Shown here piece by piece: positions 23,766 to 36,149 of a stretch of 64,000 nucleotides of DNA; the first letter of the stretch is position 1; each line of letters opens with the position of its first letter. Source of the DNA: Octopus bimaculoides (taxonomy: Eukaryota); the NCBI RefSeq assembly GCF_001194135.2, contig NC_068987.1, forward strand, positions 12,294,938 through 12,358,937, written 5' to 3'. A model generated the notes under the pieces. That model had not been told where the DNA came from, did no database searches, and saw only the letters and a program-made list of their open reading frames with translations. The position numbers were made by a program, and so were the translations under genes.

Positions 23766-24099
23766 ACAGCTGCTGTAGGGTCTTACATATACATAACACA
23801 GTAAATCTTGAAAAACTTCGATTTATTAAGATTATTCGTGTAGTTAGTGTATAAGAATTCACTCTGGGAGTGTTTAAATCTGAAATAACAAATATAGTTG
23901 AGATAGCTGGAAAAACAAACAGTACAGTAATTGGAGCAGGTCTAAAAACCTTCAATGTGATTTTATTGGAGTTATCTCCCTTGAGCGTTTTGTTGTTTTT
24001 AAAGTTTTTAACAGGGGATTTTTGTTCACTGATAATATGGGTAACCTGACTTGATTAAAGGTTTCTAAATGACTGTATTATGTATGCAAAACCCGTCCA

Positions 24100-25010
24100 T
24101 CATCATCATCATCATCATCCTTTAACGTCCGTTTTCCATGCTGGTATGAGTAAGCAAGTCTGACCAGAGCTGGCAAGCCGGAGAACAGCACCAGATTCCA
24201 GTCTGATTTGGTTTGGTTTCTACGGTTTCTAATGTCAACCACTTTACAGCGTGTGTGTGTGTGGATTTAGAATACAGAATGCTTCTCTAATTATACACCA
24301 CCACAGCCATATTGATGACACTATCAGTGGTTCTCTACCAGGGTCCATATGGCACTCAAGAGGAGGGGGGGGGTCCACATTAGATTTTGTAGTTAAAAAT
24401 TTGTTATACATCTACCATACACAAAATATTTTAATTTTTTTGCTGTACTCAAGAAGACTTGTCCTCCACAGCAGAAGTGTCAACGTTGCTCCCAACGATG
24501 AAAGGGATTGGCCTGCAAGAGCACTGTGCCAGTGTCATGTAAAAAGCACCCATGCTGATACCATGTAAAGATGCTCATGCTGGTGCCACATTCAAAGCAC
24601 TCGGTACAGTCTGTAAAGTGGTTGATATTAAGGAAGGGCATCCAGCTGTAGAAACCAGGCCAAGTCAAAATGAAGCCTAGCACAACTCACCAGCCTGCCA
24701 GCTCTGGTCAAATCATCCAACTCATGCCAGTGCAGAAAATGGATGTTAAAAGATGATGATGATGATAATATATATATATATAAATCATCATCATCATCAT
24801 CGTTTAACATCTGCTTTCCATGTCAGCATGGGTTGGACGGTTTCATTGAGGACTGGCAAGCCAGGAGGCTGCACCAGGCTCCAATCTGATCAGGCAAGTT
24901 TTCTACAGCTAAATGCCGTTCCTAACACCAAACATTCTGAGAGTGTAGTGGGTGCTTTTTACGTGCCACTGGCATGGGGACCAGTCAGGCAGCACTGGCA
25001 TTGGCCATGA
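24100..25010. mobile_element. Three SINE C copies (- 24100-24250, + 24478-24765, - 24781-25010)
   Basis: C tails with (CAT)n/(GAT)n. Confidence 0.85.
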
Positions 25011-26214
25011 CTAGGATTTCAGTTGACTCAACAGTTCCTCTCAAATACGTTTCTGGGATACGTATGACTGCTTGCATGATCCACACCTTGCTTCTGTTCA
25101 AACTGGGAAAAACAGCTACTGAAATGATATAAGTAGGTTGTATTAAATGGATCAACTGATGTAGACTTCAAACGGCGTTGTCTAAGTGGTAGCAATAATA
25201 TGTGGATTAAGAAACAATAATGGCATTCAGTACATCAATGCATAGAGTATACATGCATACACACATCTACACATCCACACACATATGTGTGTGTGTGTGT
25301 GTACATGCTTTGTGGATTAAGAAACAATGTATAATATAAAATGCCTGTGACTGTGTTGGTTAGAAAAAAGATGTTAATGTACTCAGAAATCTATATGATA
25401 TAGAATTAATGATGCATAGGATACTAACATTTTTAAAGGTTTATTATAAAAATAGCAGTGAATACATTTGAATGTAGAAATATGTATAAGGAAAATAAAT
25501 CACAATAGGATAAAGTTATAGTTTATAGCTTGTATTGCTTATACTAAAAATTCACTTTTGGATATCAACAAATATATTTTATAAAATTGCTGAGTCAGAG
25601 AGAAATATAAAAATATCTAGAAAAAATATCTAAATCAAAAGCAAAATGTTTTTATATGTCAACACATTACCCACTACACTGTAGGCTTCGTCAGGACAAT
25701 AATGAAAACAAGTTTTTCACACACAAGAGTGTATGATGCCTTCACATCTTTGTGGCATGCTGAATCCTGTTTGGTACTACATCATGCCTCCTCCAGCGTA
25801 GAACCAAGAAAGGGAACAGTTTCCGGGCAAATAGGTGCAAACCAAGTGATAACACAGGGAAGAATGCGATGCAGACAACCATGGATAAAACCTTTCCCAG
25901 TGAACGTTTCCCATCTTTTTTAAATTTTGATATTAATAAATTTTTTATTATTGACATTTAATTATTAACATAACAGTGTCATCTCAGTTCATCAAAATTT
26001 ATCAAAGTCTTCCTTCTAAGCATAGACAAAGCCCATACAAATATTCTTCTGCTGTTCATTCCAAACCGAAATATTGCATGTACAACCTATTAATTCATTG
26101 TTTGTATTTCTTAAAATTTGCTAAGATATTGATATTATTTACCTTTATTAATTCATATTTCATTATTAATGTAGAATTGTCATCTTAGTTTATTACATCA
26201 TATTTCTTGAGATA

Positions 26215-26534
26215 ATGTCTCCAAAGAAGAGATCCTCCATTAGTTGAAAAACGGCAGTAGCAGAGAAATTGAAAAGAAGGAGAGCAAATGAACCATCACA
26301 GGAGACTTCATTTAGACAATCACAAAATACTGCATGTACAGCGATGAGCAGCATAGTATTTGCCTGGCCAGAAGTACTGCATTACCAGCTTCAGCACACG
26401 CTGAATAGAGTCAAGAAGAGCATGCTATTTATCATACAAGAAATACTACAGCACCTGCTGCTGCATGAGCTGTAGACAGTGAAGAACAACATGCAGTTCG
26501 CCATATAAGGAATGCTGCATTCATTTCTACATGA
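26215..26534 (+). pseudogene. Fossil Helitron RepHel N-terminus (23-aa E/R-rich repeats)
   Basis: MSPKKRSSIS*KTAVAEKLKRRRANEPSQE, then after a frameshift SDEQHSICLARSTALPASAHAE*/SQEEHAIYHTRNTTAPAAA*AVD/SEEQHAVRHIRNAA; stops and Cys codons are consistent with decayed CGN Arg codons. Confidence 0.6.
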
Positions 26535-27685
26535 TTTCATGTGACTGCATAGGCTCAGTTTATGTTTCTTATTCTACAACCACACCAACAATCCAATGTT
26601 AACAACTTTGCCTTGTACAACATTTACACAGTTCACTTCACCATTGTTGTCTCCCATTGTAGTCCCTTTCCAGAATGTACCCATTTATGTACAATATCTT
26701 CATTATACTTACATTCATTCGACTGTCAACCTTACGATGGGTAAGCATTATACTGTCCACTGATTTACATTTTTACACTTGCCCGAACATATTTTAATAC
26801 AATCCCCTAATAATATTTGATTATAAAAATATAAATGGGATTTTTAAAAACCTCAAATGGCTAAGAGGGTCCAGTACAGTAAAACAGGAAGCAAAGGGGA
26901 TCACCGGCAATAAATGGTTGGGAACCATGGAACTAAACCATTCAAGGTGTTGCCCCAGCATGGCCACAGTCCAATAACTGAAACAAGTAAAAGATAAAAG
27001 AAGGCTGTCAAAACCCTTGCTGAGTTTTATAGTTCAATATTAACAGAAAAAAAGAAAAAGAAGAAATAGTTAAAGAGGATCTGTGTTGCTGTTTGATATT
27101 CTTTAGCAACAATTCACATTCCCCATTTTATTGTGTAATACAAAGAAACATGTCAACTCACATCAACTCCTTGTCACAATTAATGGCAGCACAGTTTATT
27201 AGTGAGGTTAGCAAATAATACACAAAACACTTTATTTGTTTCTTGTTTGTTTGGTTTTTTTTTTTTTCTATAAAAGCAAACTGAAAGCTATTTACTGAAA
27301 CAAAACGAAGCTATTATTAACTAAGGCCATATTTATAACAATTTTGGGTCAGACACACAATACAAAGCAGATTTCTAAATATTTTTATCAGTATTATGTC
27401 AGTGTTGTTTAACCTAGGATCAGTCCTGCTTATTTATACTACTTTGATCCCAGGCGATCCAGCCATGACTGTCCAATTTCTTTTTTCAGACACAGAGTAC
27501 AGTTTCCAATGTGTTGTCCCATTTTTAAGACAGCAGGATGAGCTACAGCGAAGATTTGGCTGCTGTTTCTAACACATTGAGTGACTTCAAAGAGACTATT
27601 TGTTTGTTCATTTAGATTCTAGTATCCCAACAATTCCAAAAAGTGTTACATTGAATAAATTTGAATATCTTAGCCAATAGTAGGC

Positions 27686-27860
27686 ACAGGCACGGCTGTG
27701 TGGATAAGACATTCACTTTGCAACCACATTGCTTTGGGTTCAATCCCACTGTGTAATACCTTAGATGTCTTCTTCCCTAGCCCCAAGACACACATGCATG
27801 CATACATACATACACATATGCATGCATACATAACATACATACATACATACATACATAAGA
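27686..27860 (+). mobile_element. SINE A 5' fragment
   Basis: ggcacaggcacggctgtgtggataag head. Confidence 0.75.
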
Positions 27861-28482
27861 TTCAAGCCATCAATGGAACTGTAAAGATATGTAAAACTTT
27901 CCAAAAATTTAGCACATAAATACATATGCATGCATCTAGACATAAAAACGCATCCATAAAACAAACATACAAATCTGCGCATACACTAACACCAAATACT
28001 GCACACACACACACATATGCACAAATACCTAGATGATGTTGATAAAAGTTCCAATGAAGGAGCCTTGAATCTATGTTAGAGTCCGGCTCTTTCTCTATGG
28101 ACAAGAAATACAGAAATGAAACTGATTGATAACATACATACATATTAAGTGCAACCATGTAATACAATTTTTTCTGCTAGGTAAGCAATAATTCCCTCAC
28201 CACTATCGAGTGACATAAGAAGGGGTCACAAGACACAGGAGTAAAGATACTACTTTAATTAGCAGGTATTATAGGAGAGGGGAATTTCATAACTATTCAA
28301 ACATGCACCTGGGAGGGGACAATTCCCTTTCTTGTCTCTCCTTTTGCTACACCTCAGTCATTATCTGATATAGGCCCTTTATCCAGTTATATTCTCTACC
28401 TGTTTCTTGTAATACAGCAAACAAGACTGTCCTCCATTTCTTTAAAATTGTTCAATTTACACCAACCTAGATTCAATCTGTG

Positions 28483-28805
28483 AAGGCCCATAGCTTAGTG
28501 GGTAGGGTATTTAGCTCATGATTGTAAGGTTGTGAGTTCATTTCCCTATGACATGTTATATCCTTGAGCAAGACACTTTATTTTATGTTGCTCTAGGCTC
28601 TTCAGCTGGCAAAAACGAGTTACACCTGTATTTCTAAAGGCTGGCTTTGTCACATTCTGTGTCACCCTGAATCACCCTGAAAACTACATTAAGAGTAGTT
28701 GTATCTGTGGAGTGCTCAGCCACATACACATTAATTCCATCTGCAGGCTGTTCCGTTGATTGGATCAACTGGAACTTTTATCATTGTAACCAATGGAATA
28801 CCAGG
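28483..28805 (+). mobile_element. SINE family D, long copy
   Basis: tagcttagtgggtagggt...gagttcatttcc head; ccttgagcaagacactttatttt body. Confidence 0.8.
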
Positions 28806-29702
28806 TTTAATTTATCACCTGGTTTAACACCATCACCTGGTCCTTAAGTACCTTTAGTGCTAGCATCTAGGGCAGGTCTCCCTGTTTGAGGATACTTTCC
28901 TCTCCTGCTCCCATCAGTCTCAGAAGCCCTTCATAAACACTACCCTTCCATACTGATAAAATAAAAGGTAAAGTATTTCATTCTATGCACCTGCTTTTCC
29001 TCAAAATTAGAGAGCCTGTTTACAGTTGCTTGAAGGAAAGGGCACATTAAATACTCTGGCCTTACCTCTAAAACAGGGCAACTGGTCACAGGTGTGATCC
29101 TTTGATGATAGGTTTGTTTAATCAGGATTAACCTAAGGTTAAAAACAATGTTGTAACTAGTGTGTGTGTGTGTGTGCCACCCAAGGCAGCTCTTAAGTTT
29201 TCCATCTTCCTCTCCATAGGCCCCAATCCAATACAGGCTTATACGGTAGACCCAAAAGTGAGGTTCCCATCAAAGCATCATCTGGGGCAAACTGTCCCCA
29301 TCTTCACCTTTGAAACTGGTTAAACAAAGACAACTCATTGTTTTCTCTGTTATTACATCTCTTGTTCAGCAGTTCTCTTGTCATTGCTTCTCCAGCTCTA
29401 AACCTACAACGACTCCAGACAAATTGTAACCAAGCAATCTCAGCTTTCACTTAGTCTAGAACATTCTAAAATGATTATGTGCACTGTGTTGACAGTGACT
29501 AACAAATAGAAAATGCAGGATTTCATAGCATTTATTAAATCAATTCATTTTTATTACATTTGTTGGGTATAATTTATACATTAGCAAAACCAGCTGTGAG
29601 CAAGATACAACAATATGTACACGTATTTAGAATAGTGGCTTTACAGTTCTTTTGATTTTGTGATGTATTGAAGATTAACATTGGAAATCAAAAATAGTTT
29701 AC

Positions 29703-29754
29703 CGATGCACTTCGAATGGAAGGGCAAAATTACTGGTGCACTCAACTTGGGAAG
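29703..29754 (-). other. Candidate 52-nt exon
   Basis: ggtttttcag|CTTCCC...GCATCG|gtaaac; two open frames (LPKLSAPVILPFHSKCI or SQVECTSNFALPFEVH); two CpGs retained. Confidence 0.25.
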
Positions 29755-31064
29755 CTGAAAAACCTCAAAAACCTTAAAATTCAAATTATTCTGTCAAATG
29801 TAATGCTTGTTGATTCGTATTATTTTGAGTTAATCATGCACTAATTCAAAGATTACGATGATGTGATTATTGATTTTTAGAATAACATTATAGGCAAGGC
29901 ATGAGAGGCTAGATCTTTTTTGACTACAGGTACACTACTTACTTTCTGGAAAACCAGAAAATCCATACCATACCTGTATTACATAGGTAAGACCTTATAA
30001 ACATATGACTATTTTCACCTGAAGAAACCTCATTGTTTGCTGGTGTCATTCTGTTCATTAAATTCTAATTCAGTTACTTTTCACACTTTACTCATTATAT
30101 GATTCACCTCTTAATGAATAAATTGAGCTTTATTACATATCTTGTATGACATATGAGTGAATAAGAGAGAAATAATCTTCTTCGTTCGTCTTGTATGTCT
30201 CTGAAGATAACCAGATTAGCAGCTTTACTCTTTGTGGCTTATTATGCCAACAGGGTTGCTCAGACACTCGGGGATCTGGCAGAGCTCACCACTGCTTCCT
30301 TGGCCAAACAACAATTACATACACTGAGTTGTTTAGTGTGTGAGTTTGTGATTGACAGCTTTCAGCTATCCAGGTCTGCTTTCATTGTCACTGTTTCTAA
30401 TCCAGGAGGGTATCCAACAAAATCCACCCTTCTTACCAAGTAGGCTAATTAGGGTTGCCAGCTTAGTTCCGATGACCCAACATAACTGGCTGTTGTGGGT
30501 CACATGTTACCAAAAGCACCAAGAGTGACCTGATTGTAAGTGTGATCTGACTAAGAGTTACCTGAAACATTACACTTATTATTTATATATGTAAAGATAG
30601 ATTAGCTGAAACTGGACAAAACTGGATCATCAAAAAAAAAAGAAAAAAAAAAGAGAACCAGTTATATATTAGCATGAATCTAACTGAGTAATATCCAGCT
30701 TTCCTGAATACACTGTCTGACTATAAGACAGGACAGCCATGTCTGGAATGTATTGAATCATAGGTCTGCTGGACCAATACCTCCTTGGAGCTAAACAGCA
30801 AATGAACAATGTCTTATAAATAACATCTGTACATGTCTTATTCAATAGCCTTTTGTAGATGAATAACACCAGTTTTATATAAGAGCAGGATATAGACAAT
30901 TACATTGATCATACCTGGAATGTGATTAAACTGTGTAACTTGAAAGCAAACCAGTAAGATAGTAAATAAACATGAAGCATTCAGTTTTTATCTGCTTTTA
31001 GTTATGATCGTTTCTACTGCTTTTAGTATGAATATTTGTTTTAGACTGACACAAGGCTACATGC

Positions 31065-31130
<66 letters not shown>

Positions 31131-31133
<3 letters not shown>

Positions 31134-31506
31134 GGAAAAAAATGCTTTCTAATTGATGTATCAATACCAGCAGATGACAACGTTTCCCTAAAAGAAATGG
31201 AGAAACTATCAAAATACAAAGACCTGGAAATAGAGGTAACTCGAATGTGGAATCTAAAAGCAGAAACAATTCCTATCATGGTAGGTATGATAAAAAGATA
31301 TTCAGACGAATACATAACAAAAACACCAAGACTTACAAATATATATAACATACAGAAAATTGCACTACTGGGTACTGCACACATCCTACGCAAAACACTT
31401 TCAATACAGTAACCATAAGAGCATCACAGCAAACCACAGCACATGCCCAAGGCACACAGAGCTGCGCTCAGTAGTGAAGTGAAAGCACGCTATAAAAATA
31501 AAACTA

Positions 31507-31510
<4 letters not shown>
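31131..31510 (+). mobile_element. 5'-truncated R4/Dong-like non-LTR retrotransposon (restriction-like endonuclease C-terminus plus 3' UTR)
   Basis: KKCFLIDVSIPADDNVSLKEMEKLSKYKDLEIEVTRMW...QKIALLGTAHILRKTLSIQ* (stop 31410-31412) has the RLE D-x-x-P-D...K-E-x-E-K-x-x-K-Y motif; flanked by (TAA)n at 31066-31130 and 31510-31553. Confidence 0.85.
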
Positions 31511-31554
<44 letters not shown>

Positions 31555-31699
31555 CCTTTCTACAATAGGCACAAGGCCTGAAATTTTGAGGGAGGGGACA
31601 AGAACTGGATGGATGCTAAAATATAGGATGCCTTGCCAGTCATACACATGAGAAAATGCAAAAGGTAGTTAACAGCTTCATGAAGACATTGTATCTTCT

Positions 31700-32054
31700 A
31701 CTGTTTACTTGTTTCAGTCAAAGGACTGTGGCCATGCTGGGGCACCAACTTAAAGGTTTTAGTCAAGCATATTGACCCAGGTGCTAATTTTAAAATTTTG
31801 TACTTAGTCTATTGGTTTCTTAGGCCAGACTGCTAAGTTACAGGGACGTAAACAAACCAACAACAGCTGTCAAGCGGTGAAGAGGACATACTCAAGTGCA
31901 AAAACACAAACACATATATATATATTCATATATGTGGTCTCAAGTTCAATCCCATTATGTGGCACCTTGGGCAAGTGCCTTCTACTATAGTCCCAGGTTA
32001 ACAAAGCTATGTGAGGGTATTTGGTACACAGGAACTGAATGACGCCTGTTGCAT

Positions 32055-32131
<77 letters not shown>

Positions 32132-32335
32132 TATCTTTGTCTCACATTTCCAGTCTATCATGAAAACATGTCTAGCTGTGGAGAAATATTATCTTGCCTG
32201 GAAATAGGTAACATCTGACAACAGGAGAGCATCCAGTCATAGAAAATTGGTATTACATGACAATGATGATGCCGATCGTGGTGACACTGATGCTGATGAT
32301 GATGAAGATGACGACAACGACGACGACAATCATGA
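31700..32335. mobile_element. SINE A tail (-) followed by SINE A2 (+) with (TG)n and (GAT/GAC)n tail
   Basis: Family consensus matches. Confidence 0.75.
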
Positions 32336-32624
32336 CAATATATGACAGGATTCCACGTAATTTCTGTGCACCATATTTACTCACAAGGCATTGGCTGGCC
32401 CATGTTATAGCAGAAGACACTTGGGTATGGTGATGTTAGATGGGGCTGAACCTGAATATGCTATTATTATGTTGTCATTTGAATCAGGCAAGTGATCAAA
32501 ACATTTCCAGTGAATTTGCTTAGATTATTCCTTCTTACAAACCAACAAGCTTCACTTCGAGGAAAAAGATAGCCAGTGTATCAGTTTTGATGATAATAAC
32601 AGTTATTTTTCTTTTTTCCCCTTT

Positions 32625-32665
<41 letters not shown>

Positions 32666-32936
32666 TCTTAAAGTAAAATACAAAAATCTTATTTTCCAAG
32701 AATTATACGATCAGTTATATGGCTGGAAGCTGACATTTTGACATTTAGCCATAACATTCACAGGATATTAAACAAAGAACCTAACAGAATTTGAAACAGA
32801 AATACTTAGTAATTTAGAATGACAGCTACTTCAAAATATTATTGCTTGTTGTTCACTATAATATCATCTTGCTTTCTTCGATTTGGTTTCACTATGGGTT
32901 TCTATAAAGTGGGAATGCAAACAATGAAAATGGACT

Positions 32937-33000
32937 AACTGTATTTACTTGTGTATAAGCTGCACTTTTGTATAAGTTGCACCCTCAATTTAGGGCTAAA
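32937..33000. mobile_element. pogo/Tigger-like terminal repeat, CpG-decayed
   Basis: actgtatttacttgtgtataagctgcac..gtataagttgcaccc resembles CCGTATTTACTCG..TATAAGCCGCAC with an internal repeat; partner end not found. Confidence 0.5.
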
Positions 33001-33429
33001 TCCCTGAACAAATTTTTTGCTTATAAGCGTGGGAACAAAATTTGTTTGAAGGGGCACAAAACTAGGTCCAATCCAGGATGTACAAAGCATCTTTATCATT
33101 GTCCCACCAACATTTTTAAGGAATGTGCTTGACAAGTCTATGGATTTTAAGGGCTTTGCTTTATCCAGTGTATAAATCAACACCAGCTTTTTCCAAGGAG
33201 CTACTATAATTTTGGTATTGAGACTTTTGGGTTTCTTTTTGTTTTTTATATACCATGAACACCATCATGACCCATTGGGTCACTTAAATTTCTCACCATG
33301 TAATCTATCTCAAGTACAAAGTCAGCCTGAAGGAGCTCCACTCTCATTCAACCAGGACTCATAAAGCTGATTACACATGGTGCAAGTGACTGAGATTTCA
33401 AGATTCTCCTCGAACAGAATGTTGGTTTA

Positions 33430-33835
33430 TTGCAGGGTTCAATTTTGAGGAGAGGGGACAAGCCAATTACATCGATTCCAGTAGTTGACAGGTACTTTGT
33501 TTTAACCCTTTAGCATTTAAACTGGCCATATTTGGCCAAAAGTATTCTGCTTGTTTTATGTTCAAACTGGCCAAATCTGGTCTCTCACACCAACCCTACA
33601 ATATCATTTTGAAAATTAACAGCTACCTCATCAAAATCTCATAGCTACAAGATAATGCATGATTAGTTCAAAACAATGTGGATGAAAAACCATTAATTTT
33701 GGCAGAATAATGCAACCACTAAAGGGTTAATCAACCTCAAAGTGGACCTTGGTGGGATTTGGACTTTGAAAGTAAAGAGCTGGAAAAAATACCACTAACA
33801 TCACTAAAATGTGCTAACAATTCTGCCAGCTCACT
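33430..33835 (-). mobile_element. SINE B interrupted by a piggyBac-type MITE
   Basis: B core resumes after the insertion (tcaacctcaaag...gtgctaacaattctgccagctcac). Confidence 0.75.
33506..33726. mobile_element. piggyBac-type MITE with TTAA TSD
   Basis: TTAA|CCCTTTAG ... CTAAAGGG|TTAA. Confidence 0.9.
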
Positions 33836-34631
33836 TCATTCATTAGATCATTGACCAATGCTAAAAAAAAAAAAAGAAAAGGTTTCCATATATCACCAGT
33901 CGTAAAAATTTCCATCATTCTATAAGACTTACGTTGCTAACGAAGCATCAAGAAGTGTCAGTTTTGCATTTGGCCATTACAAAAAAACAGACACCATAAT
34001 CAAATTATATCATGGAACTGTAAATAATTTTTATTTGTCTTTCTCTTTCAGTCACGATATCCTGGTATTATATTTTGTATGTAGTTAACTGACTACAAAG
34101 AAAGACACTTTGTTTGAGAGACGATTGAAATAACATTACAAATAAAAGAGAAACCATTGATGGGGTTATTTACGAGATGCACTGAAGTTACGGTTAATTG
34201 AAAATTGAAATGTTGATGGGAAAGAAATTGATACGACTGTCCTTCTTTAAAAACTGATCGAGTAGCAATTAATGAATGACAAAGGAAATTGTTGTGATTA
34301 AAATTAAATGAATGAGTAAATAAATAAACAAATAAATAAATAAGGTTGTGGTTTCTGATTGGATCGTTAATGCTTTTAAAATTAACGAGACAGTACATTT
34401 GTAATAAGAGTCATGAAGATAATGTTTCAGACATGGCTGTATGGTTAAGAACTTCGTTTTGCAGTTTGGGGTTGAATTCCATTGTACAGCACTTGAACTG
34501 ATGTAACCTTGTTGCTGAAGCCTATTCTTTGAGTGCAATCTGGTAGGTAAAATCTAAGTAGAAGGCCATCATGCACCAACACATGTAAGTATATATACAT
34601 ATACACCTACATTTATATACATATATAAATG

Positions 34632-34693
<62 letters not shown>

Positions 34694-34703
34694 NNNNNNN
34701 NNN

Positions 34704-34768
<65 letters not shown>

Positions 34769-35172
34769 AAACAGAGAGAATTAAAAGAGAGAGAATAAAT
34801 GTATGATCTGACCCCGTCTCCTCATATAACACTGCCCCTTTGTGGTTTGTGTCTAGACCCTTGTGGTCTAGAAAGCTATATGGCAACCTCACTAGTGCTG
34901 GTTGCACAAAAAAGCACCCAGTACATAATGTATACTGATTGGTGTTAGGAAAGGTATCCAACCATAAAAACTATGCCAAAGCAGACAACACAATGTAGTC
35001 CTTGAGCCCAGCAGATCCTGCCAAACTGTCCAGCCTATACCAATATAATAAATGATGATGATAATGATAATGATTATGATAATGTTGATGATGACAGTCC
35101 AGTTTTTCTAAACTATCTTCATTTTTATTGAATAAATTACTTACATATTGATCAAATTTTAATTAATACGCA

Positions 35173-35580
35173 TGGCGCAGGAGTGGCTGTGTGGTAAGTA
35201 GCTTGCTTACCAACCACATGGTTCCGGGTTCAGTCCCACTGCGTGGCACTTTGGGCAAGTGTCTTCTACTATTGACCAAAGCCTTGTGAGAGGATTTGGT
35301 AGACAGAAACTGAAAGAAGCCTGTTGTATATATGTATATATATCTATGTATGTGTGTTTGTGTGTCTGTGTTTGTTCCCCCAACATCGCTTGACAACCGA
35401 TGCTGGTGTGTTTACGTCCCCGTAACTTAGTGGTTTGGCAAAAAGAGACCGATAGAATAAGTACTAGGCTTACAAAGAATAAGTCCTGGGGTCAATTTTC
35501 TCGACTAAAAGGCGGTGCTCCAGCGTGGCCGCAGTCAAATGACTGAAACAAGTAAAAGAGAGAAAAGAGTAAAGAGAGTA
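35173..35580 (+). mobile_element. SINE family A, young full-length copy
   Basis: ggcgcaggagtggctgtgtggtaag head, gggttcagtccc B-box-like motif, complete tail. Confidence 0.95.
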
Positions 35581-35921
35581 TGGTGATGTTGAATTGAGGT
35601 CTTAAGTATCATCACTGCCAAGCAATCAGAATATTTGTAATTACAAATGTGAACGACACATCTTAGCAGTTAATTCAAACACCAAGAATTTCCTGATAAT
35701 AATCTTGCTCAACCAGCATATTAATAAGAAATTTCCTTTTCAGTGAACCAGCCGAACTTTTGTATATATTTTAAAAAGAGTACAACTAGTAATTACCATT
35801 TTATCTGGTTTCGTTTCGCCCACATTGTGTGATGTCATGCGATATAGAAACACAATGAACATTTTGATAAAAGGAAATCCTACATGACTCAGTATATTTC
35901 AGTCTAACTGTGTCAGTGTGT

Positions 35922-36085
35922 GAAGGTACCTGGCTTAGTGATTATGACATTGGATTCACAATCATAAAGACATGGGTTCAACTTTTGGATCGGGTTGTTC
36001 AATGTGTTCTTGAACACAGCATTTACATTTCACAATGCTCTTCTTTATCCAGCTGAAATGGGTACCAACTAAATGCTGGTGCAAC
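35922..36085 (+). mobile_element. SINE family D fragment
   Basis: tggcttagtgattatg...gggttcaac; gtgttcttgaacacagc. Confidence 0.7.
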
Positions 36086-36149
36086 CTTCTTTATCCCACT
36101 CTTTCTCTCTCTCTTCCTCTGGCTGTAGCATGCTGAGGTTGCATTAGAC

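Larger units (their letters stand above)
16100..23800. promoter_or_regulatory. CpG-retaining (putatively germline-unmethylated) domain
   Basis: CG dinucleotides are frequent in unique DNA and in old diverged SINE copies here, but scarce in flanking unique DNA. Confidence 0.6.

Noticed and set aside
25690-25925. Possible piggyBac Cys-rich C-terminus on the minus strand (QRCEGIIHSCV*KTCFHY)
   Set aside because: Requires frame switching, and no TIR or catalytic motifs were found; too weak
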